The notes beneath the pieces were generated by a model that saw only the letters and a program-made list of their open reading frames with translations, searched no databases and was not told the DNA's origin. A DNA stretch of 64,000 bases from an uncultured virus (IMG/VR IMGVR_UViG_3300036770_004513) (Duplodnaviria; Heunggongvirae; Uroviricota; Caudoviricetes), in IMG/VR virus record IMGVR_UViG_3300036770_004513; one strand, given 5' to 3'. Each line of letters starts with the position of its first letter. The stretch's first letter is position 1. The position numbers and the translations under genes were made by a program. Shown piece after piece: positions 19,530-29,311 of this stretch.

Positions 19530-19991
19530 TCAAAGTTCAACAAGCCTAAAGGCCCGGACACAGCACGTACTCGACTTACTATTGGCGCGCTGGTAACCAA
19601 AAATGAAATTCACGCTGCACGCATTAGTAGAGCTAGCCTCAGTAGAAGACCAGTAATTCGCGGACGAAAATTGTTGTTTCGCGTTTTTGTATGCAAGTTT
19701 CAATTGTTTTTGAGTAGGAATAAACCACTGTGATGGATTAAAGTTATGTTCCTGAAGTTTATTGAATACAGGAGTAAATTCTTCACTCCACTCGCAACGA
19801 ACTTGAGTTTCAATTGGAGCAGCAATAAGAGCTGCATTACCGTACTTCTCAATAACAACAGTTCCATCCTCCAATTCATCGCCAGGATTTGCATCTTGGA
19901 GAGTAGGATAGCTTTTTGCCAGAGCCTTCTTAATCTGTTCGGCTTCCTGTTGAATGGTATTAAGCCGTTGTTGCATTTCGGCGCGGTTCAT
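19530..19991 (-). CDS. CLec-fold DGR target paralog
   Basis: conserved VR scaffold at about 19551-19669. Confidence 0.9.
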   Translation of the reverse strand: MNRAEMQQRLNTIQQEAEQIKKALAKSYPTLQDANPGDELEDGTVVIEKYGNAALIAAPIETQVRCEWSEEFTPVFNKLQEHNFNPSQWFIPTQKQLKLAYKNAKQQFSSANYWSSTEASSTNACSVNFIFGYQRANSKSSTCCVRAFRLVEL

Positions 19992-20062
19992 AAGAGTGTC
20001 TCCGTGGCTGACTTTGATAGTTTAACAGGGTTTGAAATGGACTTGATGAGTGGTTGTGCCAG

Positions 20063-20266
20063 TTATTCAGCTGGCTCAGGATCACATTTTAGAAGAAACT
20101 CAGAAGTCGCCCGCCCTGGTGGAGTGTAGCGAATAACATCACAACCTTTGTATTGATCTACAACCTGAAAACTTTCTTGGGGTGGCTTATCATTAATAGA
20201 CCAACCGCGAAGAATTATGTATGTTAACCCAAAAACTGCAAAAATGATAAGAACAGTTTTAATCAT
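20063..20266 (-). CDS. small membrane-anchored hypothetical protein
   Basis: N-terminal hydrophobic helix; FQVVDQYKGCDVIRY. Confidence 0.65.
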   Translation of the reverse strand: MIKTVLIIFAVFGLTYIILRGWSINDKPPQESFQVVDQYKGCDVIRYTPPGRATSEFLLKCDPEPAE

Positions 20267-20287
20267 AATTGTTTGTAGAAGGAAGAA

Positions 20288-21217
20288 TTAAAGTTCGATT
20301 TTCCTAAAGGCCCGAGCCGCACACACAGCAACCTTATACACTCCATAATGATAACCAGTGTTCATACTTACTTTATAAGCATTCATATCGTTAGCCTCAA
20401 TTGAGGACCAGTACCAAAAATAAGAAAAGTCCTTTTTGGCGTTTCGGTATGCTAATTGTAGTTGTTCAATCGAAGGAATAAACCAATCAGATGGGTTAAA
20501 CCCTTTTTCCTTGAGCCTATCGAAGACTGGTTTTAATTCTGGTGTCCAAATACACTCAACTTCAGTTGTTCTTGGTGCAGCAATAAGCAGACTACCATTC
20601 GATAAGATGTTACGTGGATACCGTTCAACAACAATACAACCATCCTCAAGAAAATCGCCAGGTTGGGCATCTTCTAGAGATGGAAACTTTGGATCAACAA
20701 TTTGATGATTATCGTTCTCAATAACATCAACAAGTTTTTCTTTCCATTTATCAAATCCTGTTGCCATGCTATGTTCTTCTGGATCAAGCGCAACACCAAT
20801 ACCATAAAGAATATCCATCAAGAATGTGTAATCTGAATAATTCTCACAATCAGTACAATTGGCATAGTCATTGAGGTATGATTGTAGATACTCGACCATA
20901 AGCCTCATCCTTTGTTGAGGATTATTCGCTTGGCGAAGTTCTTGCTCAATAGTTGCAGTTGATCGCATAAGTTGCTGTTCTTCTGTTTGAATTTTAACGC
21001 AAATTCCTCGGATGTTATAAGGGCTAGGGGATTCATTAGTCCAAAGAAATCCGTTTACATTGTAGTGGCAAAGGAATTTACTATCATAACTGGTAAACCG
21101 ATAAGGAAAATTCCCTTCAGTAAACGAAATATAGCCATCTATGTTGCGACCATCCTCAATTTGAATTGTAACTGCTTTTCCGACGAATTCATTAAGATTG
21201 ATCATAAGGCTCTCCAA
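20288..21217 (-). CDS. three-module CLec-fold paralog, diverged VR
   Basis: INLNEFVGK N-module, central helical module, C-terminal WYWSSIEA...ARAFRKIEL. Confidence 0.85.
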   Translation of the reverse strand: MESLMINLNEFVGKAVTIQIEDGRNIDGYISFTEGNFPYRFTSYDSKFLCHYNVNGFLWTNESPSPYNIRGICVKIQTEEQQLMRSTATIEQELRQANNPQQRMRLMVEYLQSYLNDYANCTDCENYSDYTFLMDILYGIGVALDPEEHSMATGFDKWKEKLVDVIENDNHQIVDPKFPSLEDAQPGDFLEDGCIVVERYPRNILSNGSLLIAAPRTTEVECIWTPELKPVFDRLKEKGFNPSDWFIPSIEQLQLAYRNAKKDFSYFWYWSSIEANDMNAYKVSMNTGYHYGVYKVAVCAARAFRKIEL

Positions 21218-21293
21218 TGAGGGATGATGGTATTGTAAGGCAGGTTAGGGTAAGATGTGAGGCTTGTCTGTGCCAGTTAGTTGGGTGGCTGGT

Positions 21294-21548
21294 TCAATTA
21301 TCGTAAGGCTTCTTTTTTATAATGAAGGAATTGGATGCTCTAGGTTCAATCTGAAGCGATTCGGTGTAGATAATGCGATTAGATTTTATCATCATTCCAC
21401 CAGTAATCTCTATTGAGTGATCATCAATTCTCATAATTCGAAATGAGACTCTCCCATCATCCGACAAGAAAAACACCTCATTTGTTAAGGGATCAATGTT
21501 TACTTTCGAGAGAGGCTCAAGAATTAAATCGGTTTCGTTGTCTGCCAT
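21294..21548 (-). CDS. hypothetical protein
   Basis: 84-aa ORF in an operon. Confidence 0.6.
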   Translation of the reverse strand: MADNETDLILEPLSKVNIDPLTNEVFFLSDDGRVSFRIMRIDDHSIEITGGMMIKSNRIIYTESLQIEPRASNSFIIKKKPYDN

Positions 21549-21550
21549 AA

Positions 21551-21940
21551 TTAATCTTTAATAAGTTCTACGAGTTCATCAAATTGATAGACAACATCTC
21601 CTAGCCCATTAGCGTGTCCCCGATCCCAGGCCAATTCAAAACACTTGAATCTCTTGGGATTATCGCTAACCCTGTGCAACTTAAAGAGATCATTCTTGAA
21701 TTCTTCTTCAAGTCGCAATCTTTCGCGGTTGTATTCTTTAATATTTTCAGTGTAACCATCACGATCAAAAATCTCCTGAATAACCGCATCAGGATAATCC
21801 TTTTTTAGAACACTCTTGGAATTTTTATGAGCCGGCCCTGACCATACACATTCACCCTTGTCATAAACATAAAGTGTGATGTAATCGGCCTTGTTTGGAT
21901 AGAAAATCGGATTGGATTCGTAATAATCAATTGGTTGCAT
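21551..21940 (-). CDS. hypothetical phage protein
   Basis: AWDRGHANG motif; GAGG RBS before MQPID. Confidence 0.7.
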   Translation of the reverse strand: MQPIDYYESNPIFYPNKADYITLYVYDKGECVWSGPAHKNSKSVLKKDYPDAVIQEIFDRDGYTENIKEYNRERLRLEEEFKNDLFKLHRVSDNPKRFKCFELAWDRGHANGLGDVVYQFDELVELIKD

Positions 21941-22163
21941 CGTTAGACCTCTTTTGAAGTTTGTAAATTGCATCAGCAATAGCCAAGGCGACTTCATTCG
22001 TCATTGCTATGGATCCTACTCGTAAATCTGATGAATCAGATTCTTTTTCATAATAAGAAATCGTGATGCCATCAGTAGATGTCGAAATGTCTTCATCTTC
22101 GACAGTGTAGTAGTAATTCTTATTTGGATGTATGCTGATTCGTGTGGTGGTTTCGATGGGCAT
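21927..22163 (-). CDS. hypothetical protein
   Basis: ORF overlapping the start of the next gene. Confidence 0.55.
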   Translation of the reverse strand: MPIETTTRISIHPNKNYYYTVEDEDISTSTDGITISYYEKESDSSDLRVGSIAMTNEVALAIADAIYKLQKRSNDATN

Positions 22164-22239
22164 AACAATTGGGGGATAATTAATGTGGAGCATTTTTAAG
22201 CCAGGATCCGATTCCGAGTGTGCCTATTCAATGTAGGAA

Positions 22240-22926
22240 TTAAATGCTAAATTTGCGGCCAAAAAGAACCCCGATGCCGCCGCCAAGAGCAAAAACAGCA
22301 AACTCTCTAAATGGATTGTGACTTGACTTTTTCACAATCATTTGATCACTCGGCACTGTAACTTCCTTGCCTTCTGTATTTTTTACAATAACCTGAGTTG
22401 GGGCAGCTGAGCGGTTGTTATCAAGCAGATACATCCAAAACCAAGGATTACTAGAAACCCCAGGATCATTGTAGCGTTCAACATAAGTCTCTCGCCTCAC
22501 AATAGTTTCTGGGGTTTTACTCCTGGTTGGCTGAGAAGTGACAGTAGGTTTAGGCTTTGTGGTTTGTTTATTGATCCTGACGATGTTATTGGATGGGGCC
22601 GATGGGATTTTAGGTGCTGAAATTGTAGGCGCAGAGATTTTAGGGGTGCTTACGCTGGGGCGTGAAGTATAGGATGGACTAGGGCGGCTGAGCGATGAAC
22701 TAGGGCGACTGCTAAATGATGAACTAGGGCGACTGCTAAATGATGAGCTAGGGCGGCTGAACGATGAGCTAGACCGAAACGATGAACTAGACCGAAACGA
22801 AGATGAAGATGTTGCACCAATAGTCCGAGTAATTATAGGTGCTGGGATAGAATTGATTGTGGAAAGGTGATGAAATTGTGGTGTAGTATGGACAATGGAC
22901 AGAGACAGAAGAGTTTCGAGAATCAT
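22240..22926 (-). CDS. Ser/Pro-rich low-complexity membrane protein
   Basis: SSSFRSS/SSRPSS repeats, NPWFWMYL, C-terminal hydrophobic helix. Confidence 0.75.
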   Translation of the reverse strand: MILETLLSLSIVHTTPQFHHLSTINSIPAPIITRTIGATSSSSFRSSSSFRSSSSFSRPSSSFSSRPSSSFSSRPSSSLSRPSPSYTSRPSVSTPKISAPTISAPKIPSAPSNNIVRINKQTTKPKPTVTSQPTRSKTPETIVRRETYVERYNDPGVSSNPWFWMYLLDNNRSAAPTQVIVKNTEGKEVTVPSDQMIVKKSSHNPFREFAVFALGGGIGVLFGRKFSI

Positions 22927-22928
22927 AA

Positions 22929-23195
22929 TTAATACTGTTGATAATGGTTCCAGTCGGTGTGGTTAAGTGTCAAGTATTTTGAGTAATCGGATTCAAGTCT
23001 TTCACCAAAAACCCTAACATCATTAAAGTCACCGCTGACAAGAAAAGATCCGATTGAACGAGTCCAAGATAGTTGTTGAGAATACTCCACAAGGGCAAGC
23101 CCGTGAGAAAGAGATAATTGCCCAACAACATCCCCGATGTTTGGGGAAAGCCAAAATCTAGGTGAATTCCAAGAATTTGAATATTCAAAGATCAT
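22929..23195 (-). CDS. hypothetical protein
   Basis: 88-aa ORF coupled to its neighbours. Confidence 0.55.
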   Translation of the reverse strand: MIFEYSNSWNSPRFWLSPNIGDVVGQLSLSHGLALVEYSQQLSWTRSIGSFLVSGDFNDVRVFGERLESDYSKYLTLNHTDWNHYQQY

Positions 23196-23404
23196 CCAAC
23201 CTCTTGAATAAAAATGACAGATGTTTCCAAAACTTGTTTAGGGATAAAAGCAGTACGACCATCCTCAAGCACAAAGGTCAAGTGCTTAATAGCCTCATTA
23301 CCTAGACTTTTCTCAAGAGAATTTTTAATAAAGCTAACTTGATCTTGGGTGTATTTTTCTGAAGCAAGTTCACCCAAAGGTGTGGCGATGATAAGCTGAA
23401 ACAT
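23192..23404 (-). CDS. hypothetical protein
   Basis: AGGAG RBS; 70 aa. Confidence 0.6.
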   Translation of the reverse strand: MFQLIIATPLGELASEKYTQDQVSFIKNSLEKSLGNEAIKHLTFVLEDGRTAFIPKQVLETSVIFIQEVG

Positions 23405-23499
23405 AAAGTGCTCCTATAAATTTGGTGCAGAACAAGCATAACACGTTTTAAGGCCAATCGGACCATCTATGTGCCACTATGTCAAGTGGCCATAAGCCC

Positions 23500-23507
23500 C
23501 ATAAATA
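23500..23507 (+). promoter_or_regulatory. T4-type late promoter (CATAAATA)
   Basis: 24 nt upstream of the plus-strand ATG at 23532. Confidence 0.55.
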
Positions 23508-23531
23508 AATTACATTTTATCGGAACAAAGA

Positions 23532-24167
23532 ATGAGATGGTTGCCACTAACGAGTGTTCGTGGATTTGAGCAATTTGAGGGTTACTTCGTCACAGATACA
23601 GGTCAAGTTTGGTCAAAGAAACGCGGTGGATTGCACCAGTTAAAACCCTATAGAGGAGATTATAATAACGTCTGGATTTATGGTAAGTATAAAACCTCTA
23701 ATGTTGGTCTAGGAAGACTTGTGGCGTGCGCCTTTGTTGAAAGACCTAAAGGCGCCCTGGCAATTCGATTTAAAGATGGTGATCGGGATAATTGTTCGGC
23801 TGATAATTTAATGTGGGTGATTAGGAAGCCCAAAAATGCTTGGAAAAAAAAGAAAAAACCAGGCCCTCGTAAGAAACCAAAAAGGAGAAAAAGGAAGCCA
23901 GGCCCTAAGCCAAAAAGATGGCCCAAAAGAACCATCGTAAGACAACGATCAAAGTATTACATTCTTAAGAATTCAATTGTTGTAGGTAAAGAGGTCTTCA
24001 CTAAGATGGAACTTATTAAACAAGCCCTTGATGTGAAGACCGGGCAACAACACGAATTTAAGGCGATTGTTGATGAGATTATTGAGTATGCCCTGATTGA
24101 TTTTGTTGAGAAGCGAGGACTAAAAAAGATTATGTTCCAGCTTCAAGAACAACAAAAACAAGCATAA
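23532..24167 (+). CDS. NUMOD4/HNH-like homing-endonuclease family protein, probably catalytically degenerate
   Basis: W..V.GFE..Y.V...G.V.S N-terminus; RLVACAF...FKDGDRDNCSADNLMW; the only convincing plus-strand gene in the early region. Confidence 0.75.
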   Translation: MRWLPLTSVRGFEQFEGYFVTDTGQVWSKKRGGLHQLKPYRGDYNNVWIYGKYKTSNVGLGRLVACAFVERPKGALAIRFKDGDRDNCSADNLMWVIRKPKNAWKKKKKPGPRKKPKRRKRKPGPKPKRWPKRTIVRQRSKYYILKNSIVVGKEVFTKMELIKQALDVKTGQQHEFKAIVDEIIEYALIDFVEKRGLKKIMFQLQEQQKQA

Positions 24168-24170
24168 GCC

Positions 24171-24869
24171 TTATTCATCTTTCTTGACATTAACCAGCTC
24201 TACAGCAGTAGAAAGTGATAACATAGAAAGAATCCCAGCATAGTAATGAATGATGCTATGTTTTGGGAGAAAAAACCCATAACCAATGATAATAGGAAAA
24301 AAGATGGCAAGAAGGTTCTTCTTTAAGAAAGCTGCAACTTTATTGTTATTTTTCTGATCGGTCAAGTAACTGTCCAATTCCTCTAGAGTTGCTTTTTCTG
24401 CCCAATCCAAGAAATTATCTAGATTATCTGATTTAAGAGTGATTGATTCGATGTTATGAGGAGATTGCTGATTTAATTTCCAATAATAACCATCCCTAGT
24501 GTAAGTAAAAAGGTCGCGCTTAGATTGAAATAAGTAAGGAAATTTCGATTCATCGTTTCTTTTAATAAGACCCTCCTCTGTGGTTCCGTCCTCAAGGGTT
24601 ACGAAGACTTCCTTACCAACAAATTGTTCAAGATCAATCATTGGTTTTTCCTTGAGTTTAATGGACTTGATGTTTAAATCACAAGGGGTTTTGCCCGCCC
24701 AAAAATAACCATCCCTTGTGTAAGTGTCCCTTCTACCATTATTAACACCATAAAACAATGAATAAGGGTGGCCTTGATGGATATCTTTTTCAATAACACC
24801 TTCCCTTGTGGTTCCGTTCTCAAGGGTTACGACAACTTTCTTTCCAACAAATTGTTCAAGATCAATCAT
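24171..24869 (-). CDS. protein with two tandem MIDLEQF modules and C-terminal TM helices
   Basis: MIDLEQFVGK...IKSIKLKE occurs twice; no CLec domain. Confidence 0.8.
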   Translation of the reverse strand: MIDLEQFVGKKVVVTLENGTTREGVIEKDIHQGHPYSLFYGVNNGRRDTYTRDGYFWAGKTPCDLNIKSIKLKEKPMIDLEQFVGKEVFVTLEDGTTEEGLIKRNDESKFPYLFQSKRDLFTYTRDGYYWKLNQQSPHNIESITLKSDNLDNFLDWAEKATLEELDSYLTDQKNNNKVAAFLKKNLLAIFFPIIIGYGFFLPKHSIIHYYAGILSMLSLSTAVELVNVKKDE

Positions 24870-25048
24870 AATTTATCACCGATCAAATAAACAATAAAAA
24901 GTGGAAAAAACAGTGAGACTAGAATCAACACAACGGCAAACTTAGGATTTCTTTTAGTGTATCCGCTCATTTCAAACACTTCAAACAAGGAAATGAAAGT
25001 GGCTAAAAACCCTATAAAATAAATTGTAGCAAGAATATTCATAATGTA

Positions 25049-25273
25049 TCACCAACCAAGCAACTTAACCACAATAGCAGCCAGCCGTCGCCCCACCCAA
25101 TAAAGAGCGAGGTAAAACACGATGATTGGCCATAGCAATGATGGCAGGACTACTGCCCCCAACAATTCTCGATTCCCAATAGGATCGCCATTCCATTGAA
25201 AATACTCCAATAGGAACTTGAAACTAAAGACAGCTACGATTACATAGATTGCAATAAGATGATTCATAATCAA
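25049..25273 (-). CDS. small membrane protein
   Basis: two hydrophobic segments, LLWPI motif. Confidence 0.6.
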   Translation of the reverse strand: MIMNHLIAIYVIVAVFSFKFLLEYFQWNGDPIGNRELLGAVVLPSLLWPIIVFYLALYWVGRRLAAIVVKLLGW

Positions 25274-25497
25274 TTCCTCGTTTCAATTTCAACACTGCAA
25301 AGCTCAGGCATTGATCTAGCAATCCCTAGGGCCAACTCTGCTGTAGATTCAATAACATTGAACTTATGGAGAATCTTACCATTTTGTGTCCGTTGTTCAA
25401 ACATAAAACCTCCATCAAAGGTGTTACGAACGTGCTCACTGATAAGATGTGTTTGAAAGTTAAAAATTGTGAAAGACTGAACTTGTTGGATGTTCAT
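25270..25497 (-). CDS. hypothetical protein
   Basis: start at MNIQQ downstream of a promoter motif. Confidence 0.55.
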   Translation of the reverse strand: MNIQQVQSFTIFNFQTHLISEHVRNTFDGGFMFEQRTQNGKILHKFNVIESTAELALGIARSMPELCSVEIETRN

Positions 25498-25603
25498 AAG
25501 GTTGTCCTGTTCGGTTGCTTGGCTAATGTAGCAGGGTGGAGTCGAGTTGGTAGGGGTCCCTTGTGCCAGATTAATTTTTGGCACAAAGTTCAAGTAACAA
25601 AAT

Positions 25604-26002
25604 TCAAAGTTCAACAAGCCTGAAGGCCCGGACACGGAGCGTATTCGTCTTACTAGCGGTGTACTGGTAACCCCCCTTGAAGCCCACGAGGCACGCATCA
25701 GTAGAGCTAGCCTCATCTGAAGACCAGTACCACCAACCGGGAAAATGTGGTTTGGCATTTTTGTAGGCTAATTGCAGTTGCTCAACCGAAGGAATAAACC
25801 AATCAGATGGATTAAATCCGTGTTCCTTGAGATTATCAAAGACTGGTTTAAATTCTGGAGTCCATTCACAGCGAATTTCAGTTTCTATTGGTGCAGCAAT
25901 AAGCAACCTTTCGTTATAAAAAATGGTCCTTGGCTGACGTTCAATCACAATAGAACCATCATCTAGAACTTGACCTGGGATGTAAGTTTGAAGAGTTTGC
26001 AT
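25604..26002 (-). CDS. CLec-fold DGR target paralog without leader
   Basis: VR scaffold at about 25625-25730. Confidence 0.9.
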   Translation of the reverse strand: MQTLQTYIPGQVLDDGSIVIERQPRTIFYNERLLIAAPIETEIRCEWTPEFKPVFDNLKEHGFNPSDWFIPSVEQLQLAYKNAKPHFPGWWYWSSDEASSTDACLVGFKGGYQYTASKTNTLRVRAFRLVEL

Positions 26003-26077
26003 AAAAAAGAAGATGGGTTGACTCGTTCATTCTAAGGCCCCTAGAAGGCCCTGTAAGGGGCCTCTGGGACAGTTTGG

Positions 26078-26803
26078 CTACTGGCGTAGGGTTGGCATCA
26101 ATTTGAGATTATCACGAAAGATTGCTTGTTGCATTGGCATAATAAGACTAGACAACAATTGAATGGATCCAATCGTATCCGCAGCAAACATCTTTTGTAG
26201 TTCTCCCGAAATGCGTTCGATCGAAACTTTCTGCAACATCCTTGCTGCAAATTGAGAGTTTACTGCCTCTTTAGTCTCATTTGCCATCAAAAAGTCCTTG
26301 GTGATAGCAAACCTCAAGGCCCGCATTGCTCTTAGACCATCCTCGCTAATTCGATCCATTGGGTTGCCAACAAATCGAATAATGCGATTGCTGATGTCAG
26401 TAATTCCGCCAAAGGGATCAACAAACTTTTCGTCCAAAATGGCAATCGAGTTCATTGTAAAATCCCTTCGCTGCAAATCATCCATAAGACTACCCGGAAT
26501 TACAAAATCTGGGCGCCTGCCATCAGAACTTGGGCCATCTTTACGAGCCAACACAAAGTCTGCAACATTCGTCCTTTGGAAAAGAGGATGGTCGTTTGGA
26601 ACTTGTGCCCGAACCGTAAAGAATTGTGGCGTGCTGATGAAAATCTTAAAGCCCAGTTCAGAAAGATTATTCTCTAGAGCAGTAAATGCAACATCAGCAT
26701 TATCAAAAGAATGGGTAGGGATAGCAACAAAGTCAACATCCTTGGAATTATGACCGAGAAGGGAATCTCGAACGGCACCACCCACTTCTGCAAATTGAAA
26801 CAT
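26078..26803 (-). CDS. tRNA nucleotidyltransferase (CCA-adding/poly(A) polymerase family), compact
   Basis: VGGAVRD..DVDF, DLQRRDFTMNS, DPFGG, EDGLRAMRALRF, SIERI. Confidence 0.9.
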   Translation of the reverse strand: MFQFAEVGGAVRDSLLGHNSKDVDFVAIPTHSFDNADVAFTALENNLSELGFKIFISTPQFFTVRAQVPNDHPLFQRTNVADFVLARKDGPSSDGRRPDFVIPGSLMDDLQRRDFTMNSIAILDEKFVDPFGGITDISNRIIRFVGNPMDRISEDGLRAMRALRFAITKDFLMANETKEAVNSQFAARMLQKVSIERISGELQKMFAADTIGSIQLLSSLIMPMQQAIFRDNLKLMPTLRQ

Positions 26804-26898
26804 AAAACCTCCTGGTTGACTCGTTCATTCTAAGGCCCCTAGAAGGCCCTGTAAGGTGCCTCTGAGGCAGTTGGGGTAGTGTCCCCTACCCTAGGGAG

Positions 26899-27576
26899 TT
26901 AAAAGGTGAGCAACTGGCCAGAATTGACCACATAAATCGGAAGCACGCCACCATCATCACCACAAGAACCATCAAGAACCAAATGGTTCTCTCCGATTGA
27001 AATTGTATGATAATGGAAAGCAACTCGGACAAAAGATTGCTCCCGATCTTCTTCCCACCAACGAACGGATTCGTTATCCTCGCCACGCTTTTTGAGACCA
27101 TAAAGCATTTGTCCTTTTGCCTTTGATGAAACAACAAAAACTTTGTAGATTCCCTCAAATTCATTCGGAACATAGAGCTTATTGTTCCAGAAAGCGTGAC
27201 AGATTCGATACTCCTTATCGTTAGAGCGGACAACAACACCCATTGGCAGACTTTCAAGCCATTCGATAAGTTCATTCTTATCATAATTGGCAAAGTCATC
27301 GAGAGTCCTTTGTAGACATTCACGATACTCAAGCCCAGGATTGGTCATAACTCGATGCATCTTATACAGATGATTGGAGTTAATTACAGTGATGTTATCA
27401 CCAAGGGATCGAACAAGTTCATAAACACCAGCAGAATTGCTCTCATCACAGCGAGAATCAAAAAGATCGCCGCCTTGGATGATGTGATAATCTTGGATGT
27501 TTTCTTGAACCCAATCGACAGCAGCCTTGAACTTGCTGTATTGTGAATGAACATCACCGATAAACACGTAATTCAT
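26899..27576 (-). CDS. calcineurin-like metallophosphoesterase (Ser/Thr phosphatase-like)
   Basis: IGDVHS, GDLFD, SNH, HYH, LDGSC. Confidence 0.85.
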   Translation of the reverse strand: MNYVFIGDVHSQYSKFKAAVDWVQENIQDYHIIQGGDLFDSRCDESNSAGVYELVRSLGDNITVINSNHLYKMHRVMTNPGLEYRECLQRTLDDFANYDKNELIEWLESLPMGVVVRSNDKEYRICHAFWNNKLYVPNEFEGIYKVFVVSSKAKGQMLYGLKKRGEDNESVRWWEEDREQSFVRVAFHYHTISIGENHLVLDGSCGDDGGVLPIYVVNSGQLLTF

Positions 27577-27645
27577 TGAAATTCCTCCATTACGTCTCTG
27601 ACTATAGCAGACGCAATGGAGGAAGTTGTGGGTTACTGTGCCGGT

Positions 27646-28272
27646 TTATTGGTTGGCACAGAGTTCAATAAACCTGAAGGCGCGAACAGAGAACGTAATC
27701 GTCTTTCTACTGAGGAGATTGTTACCATTAAGGAAGTACACGCTATGCGCATAATCAATGCTAGCATCGTCTGAAGGCCAGTAAACCGCTGACGAAACAA
27801 AGTGCTGTTTGGCGTTTTTGTATGCCAATTCTAGTTGCTCAACCGAAGGAATAAACCAATCAGAGGGATTAACCCCGTGTTCCTTGAGCCTATCGAAGAC
27901 TGGTTGGAATTCTGGGGTCCATTCGCAACGAACTTCAGTTTCTTTTGGTGCAGCAATAAGCAGTTTTTCGTTGTGGAAAATGGATTTGGGTTGACGATCA
28001 ATAACAATACACCCATCAGCCAACTTATCGCCTGGTTTAGCATTCTCTAGAGTCGGGAATCGCTGGCAATTTCTAGGCAATGGCAGCCAATGTGTGGGTG
28101 GGAATGGATGGGGCCAGCGAGCGAATGTGCCATCATTTTCAGCCCACACGCAGTAAGGGTCGCTGGTGTAATTGTTAGCCACTGGACTATGAATCGCAAT
28201 GGCAACAAACATCCTTTTGACTTCTGTTGGGGCGGAATCAATAGGCCGCCAGAGTTCTTGTGATTGGATCAT
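27646..28272 (-). CDS. CLec-fold paralog with DUF551-like N-terminal module
   Basis: WRPIDSAP...PTHWLPLP, then the family core; partly diverged VR. Confidence 0.85.
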   Translation of the reverse strand: MIQSQELWRPIDSAPTEVKRMFVAIAIHSPVANNYTSDPYCVWAENDGTFARWPHPFPPTHWLPLPRNCQRFPTLENAKPGDKLADGCIVIDRQPKSIFHNEKLLIAAPKETEVRCEWTPEFQPVFDRLKEHGVNPSDWFIPSVEQLELAYKNAKQHFVSSAVYWPSDDASIDYAHSVYFLNGNNLLSRKTITFSVRAFRFIELCANQ

Positions 28273-28289
28273 TATTAAGTTGGTAGAAA

Positions 28290-28682
28290 TTATGAGATAC
28301 GAATTGTGTCAGCGTTTACACAATAAACTTCGTGTTTAATTTCAAATTGGGTTGCGATTTGCTCGCAGGTATTCTGAAATTGCTCAAATTGCCGAGTGTA
28401 GCATACAATGTTATAGGGCCAAGCTTCTTTAACCTCCTTTGCGATGAACATTGTCCCATCAGCGTGACGATTGAAAAATTCAGACAGGCGAGGGTTATAA
28501 TTACCTACAATAGGGCACCCTTCTCCCATAACACCAAAGGAATAGAATACCGGACCATAAACACCATAACTAAAACTGTTTCGTTCAGGATCATAACAAC
28601 TACGGCTGGTTGTGGCAATAATTTCACGATAAGTCTTCAGAGGAAGATCATTAGGAGTGAAAGTGCCGACGAGAATGAGCAT
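28290..28682 (-). CDS. hypothetical protein
   Basis: GAGG RBS before MLILV. Confidence 0.6.
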   Translation of the reverse strand: MLILVGTFTPNDLPLKTYREIIATTSRSCYDPERNSFSYGVYGPVFYSFGVMGEGCPIVGNYNPRLSEFFNRHADGTMFIAKEVKEAWPYNIVCYTRQFEQFQNTCEQIATQFEIKHEVYCVNADTIRIS

Positions 28683-28775
28683 AAGAGTTGTCCTCAATTG
28701 GTTGACGATGTTATTGTAGCAATGGGGGTTGATCGGATGGTGTCGTTTGTGCCAGTTTGGATTCTGGCTCAATAC

Positions 28776-29237
28776 TCAAAGTTCAACAAACCTGAAAGCC
28801 CGAACACAGTACGTAGACACCTTACTATAGGTGCCCTGGTTACCATTACTGAAAAACACGCTGCACGCAAAAGTAGAGCTAGCCTCAGTAGAAGACCAGT
28901 AGAACTCGGACGAAAAGTGTTGTTTGGCGTTATTATGGGCAAGTTTCAATTGCTCTTGAGATGGAATAAACCATTGGGATGGATTGAGTCCGTGTTCCTT
29001 AAGTGACTCAAAAACATCAGAGAATTCTTTACTCCACTCACAATCAACTTCAGTCTCCTTTGGAGCAGCAATAAGAACTGCATTGCTATACTTTGCAATA
29101 ACAACAGTCCCATCTTCCAATTTATCACCAGGATTGGCTTCTTGAATAGAAGGGAAAGACTTCTTCAATTGCTGTTTAATTGCCTCGGCTTCTTGTTGAA
29201 TGGTCTCAAGCCGTTGTTGCATTTCAGATCGGTTCAT
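28776..29237 (-). CDS. CLec-fold DGR target paralog
   Basis: VR scaffold at about 28797-28915. Confidence 0.9.
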   Translation of the reverse strand: MNRSEMQQRLETIQQEAEAIKQQLKKSFPSIQEANPGDKLEDGTVVIAKYSNAVLIAAPKETEVDCEWSKEFSDVFESLKEHGLNPSQWFIPSQEQLKLAHNNAKQHFSSEFYWSSTEASSTFACSVFFSNGNQGTYSKVSTYCVRAFRFVEL

Positions 29238-29311
29238 AAGAGTGTCTCCGTGGTTGACTTTGGTAGTTTAACAGCGTGAGTGTGGGGTGATAGGTGCCTT
29301 ATGCCAGTTCT

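Noticed and set aside
28332..29006. 224-aa plus-strand ORF (and similar ones such as 36109..36822, 26298..26753, 2112..2585, 19746..20129)
   Set aside because: Antisense shadows of well-supported minus-strand genes. The recurring ARISRASLSRRPV peptides only mirror the VR scaffold.
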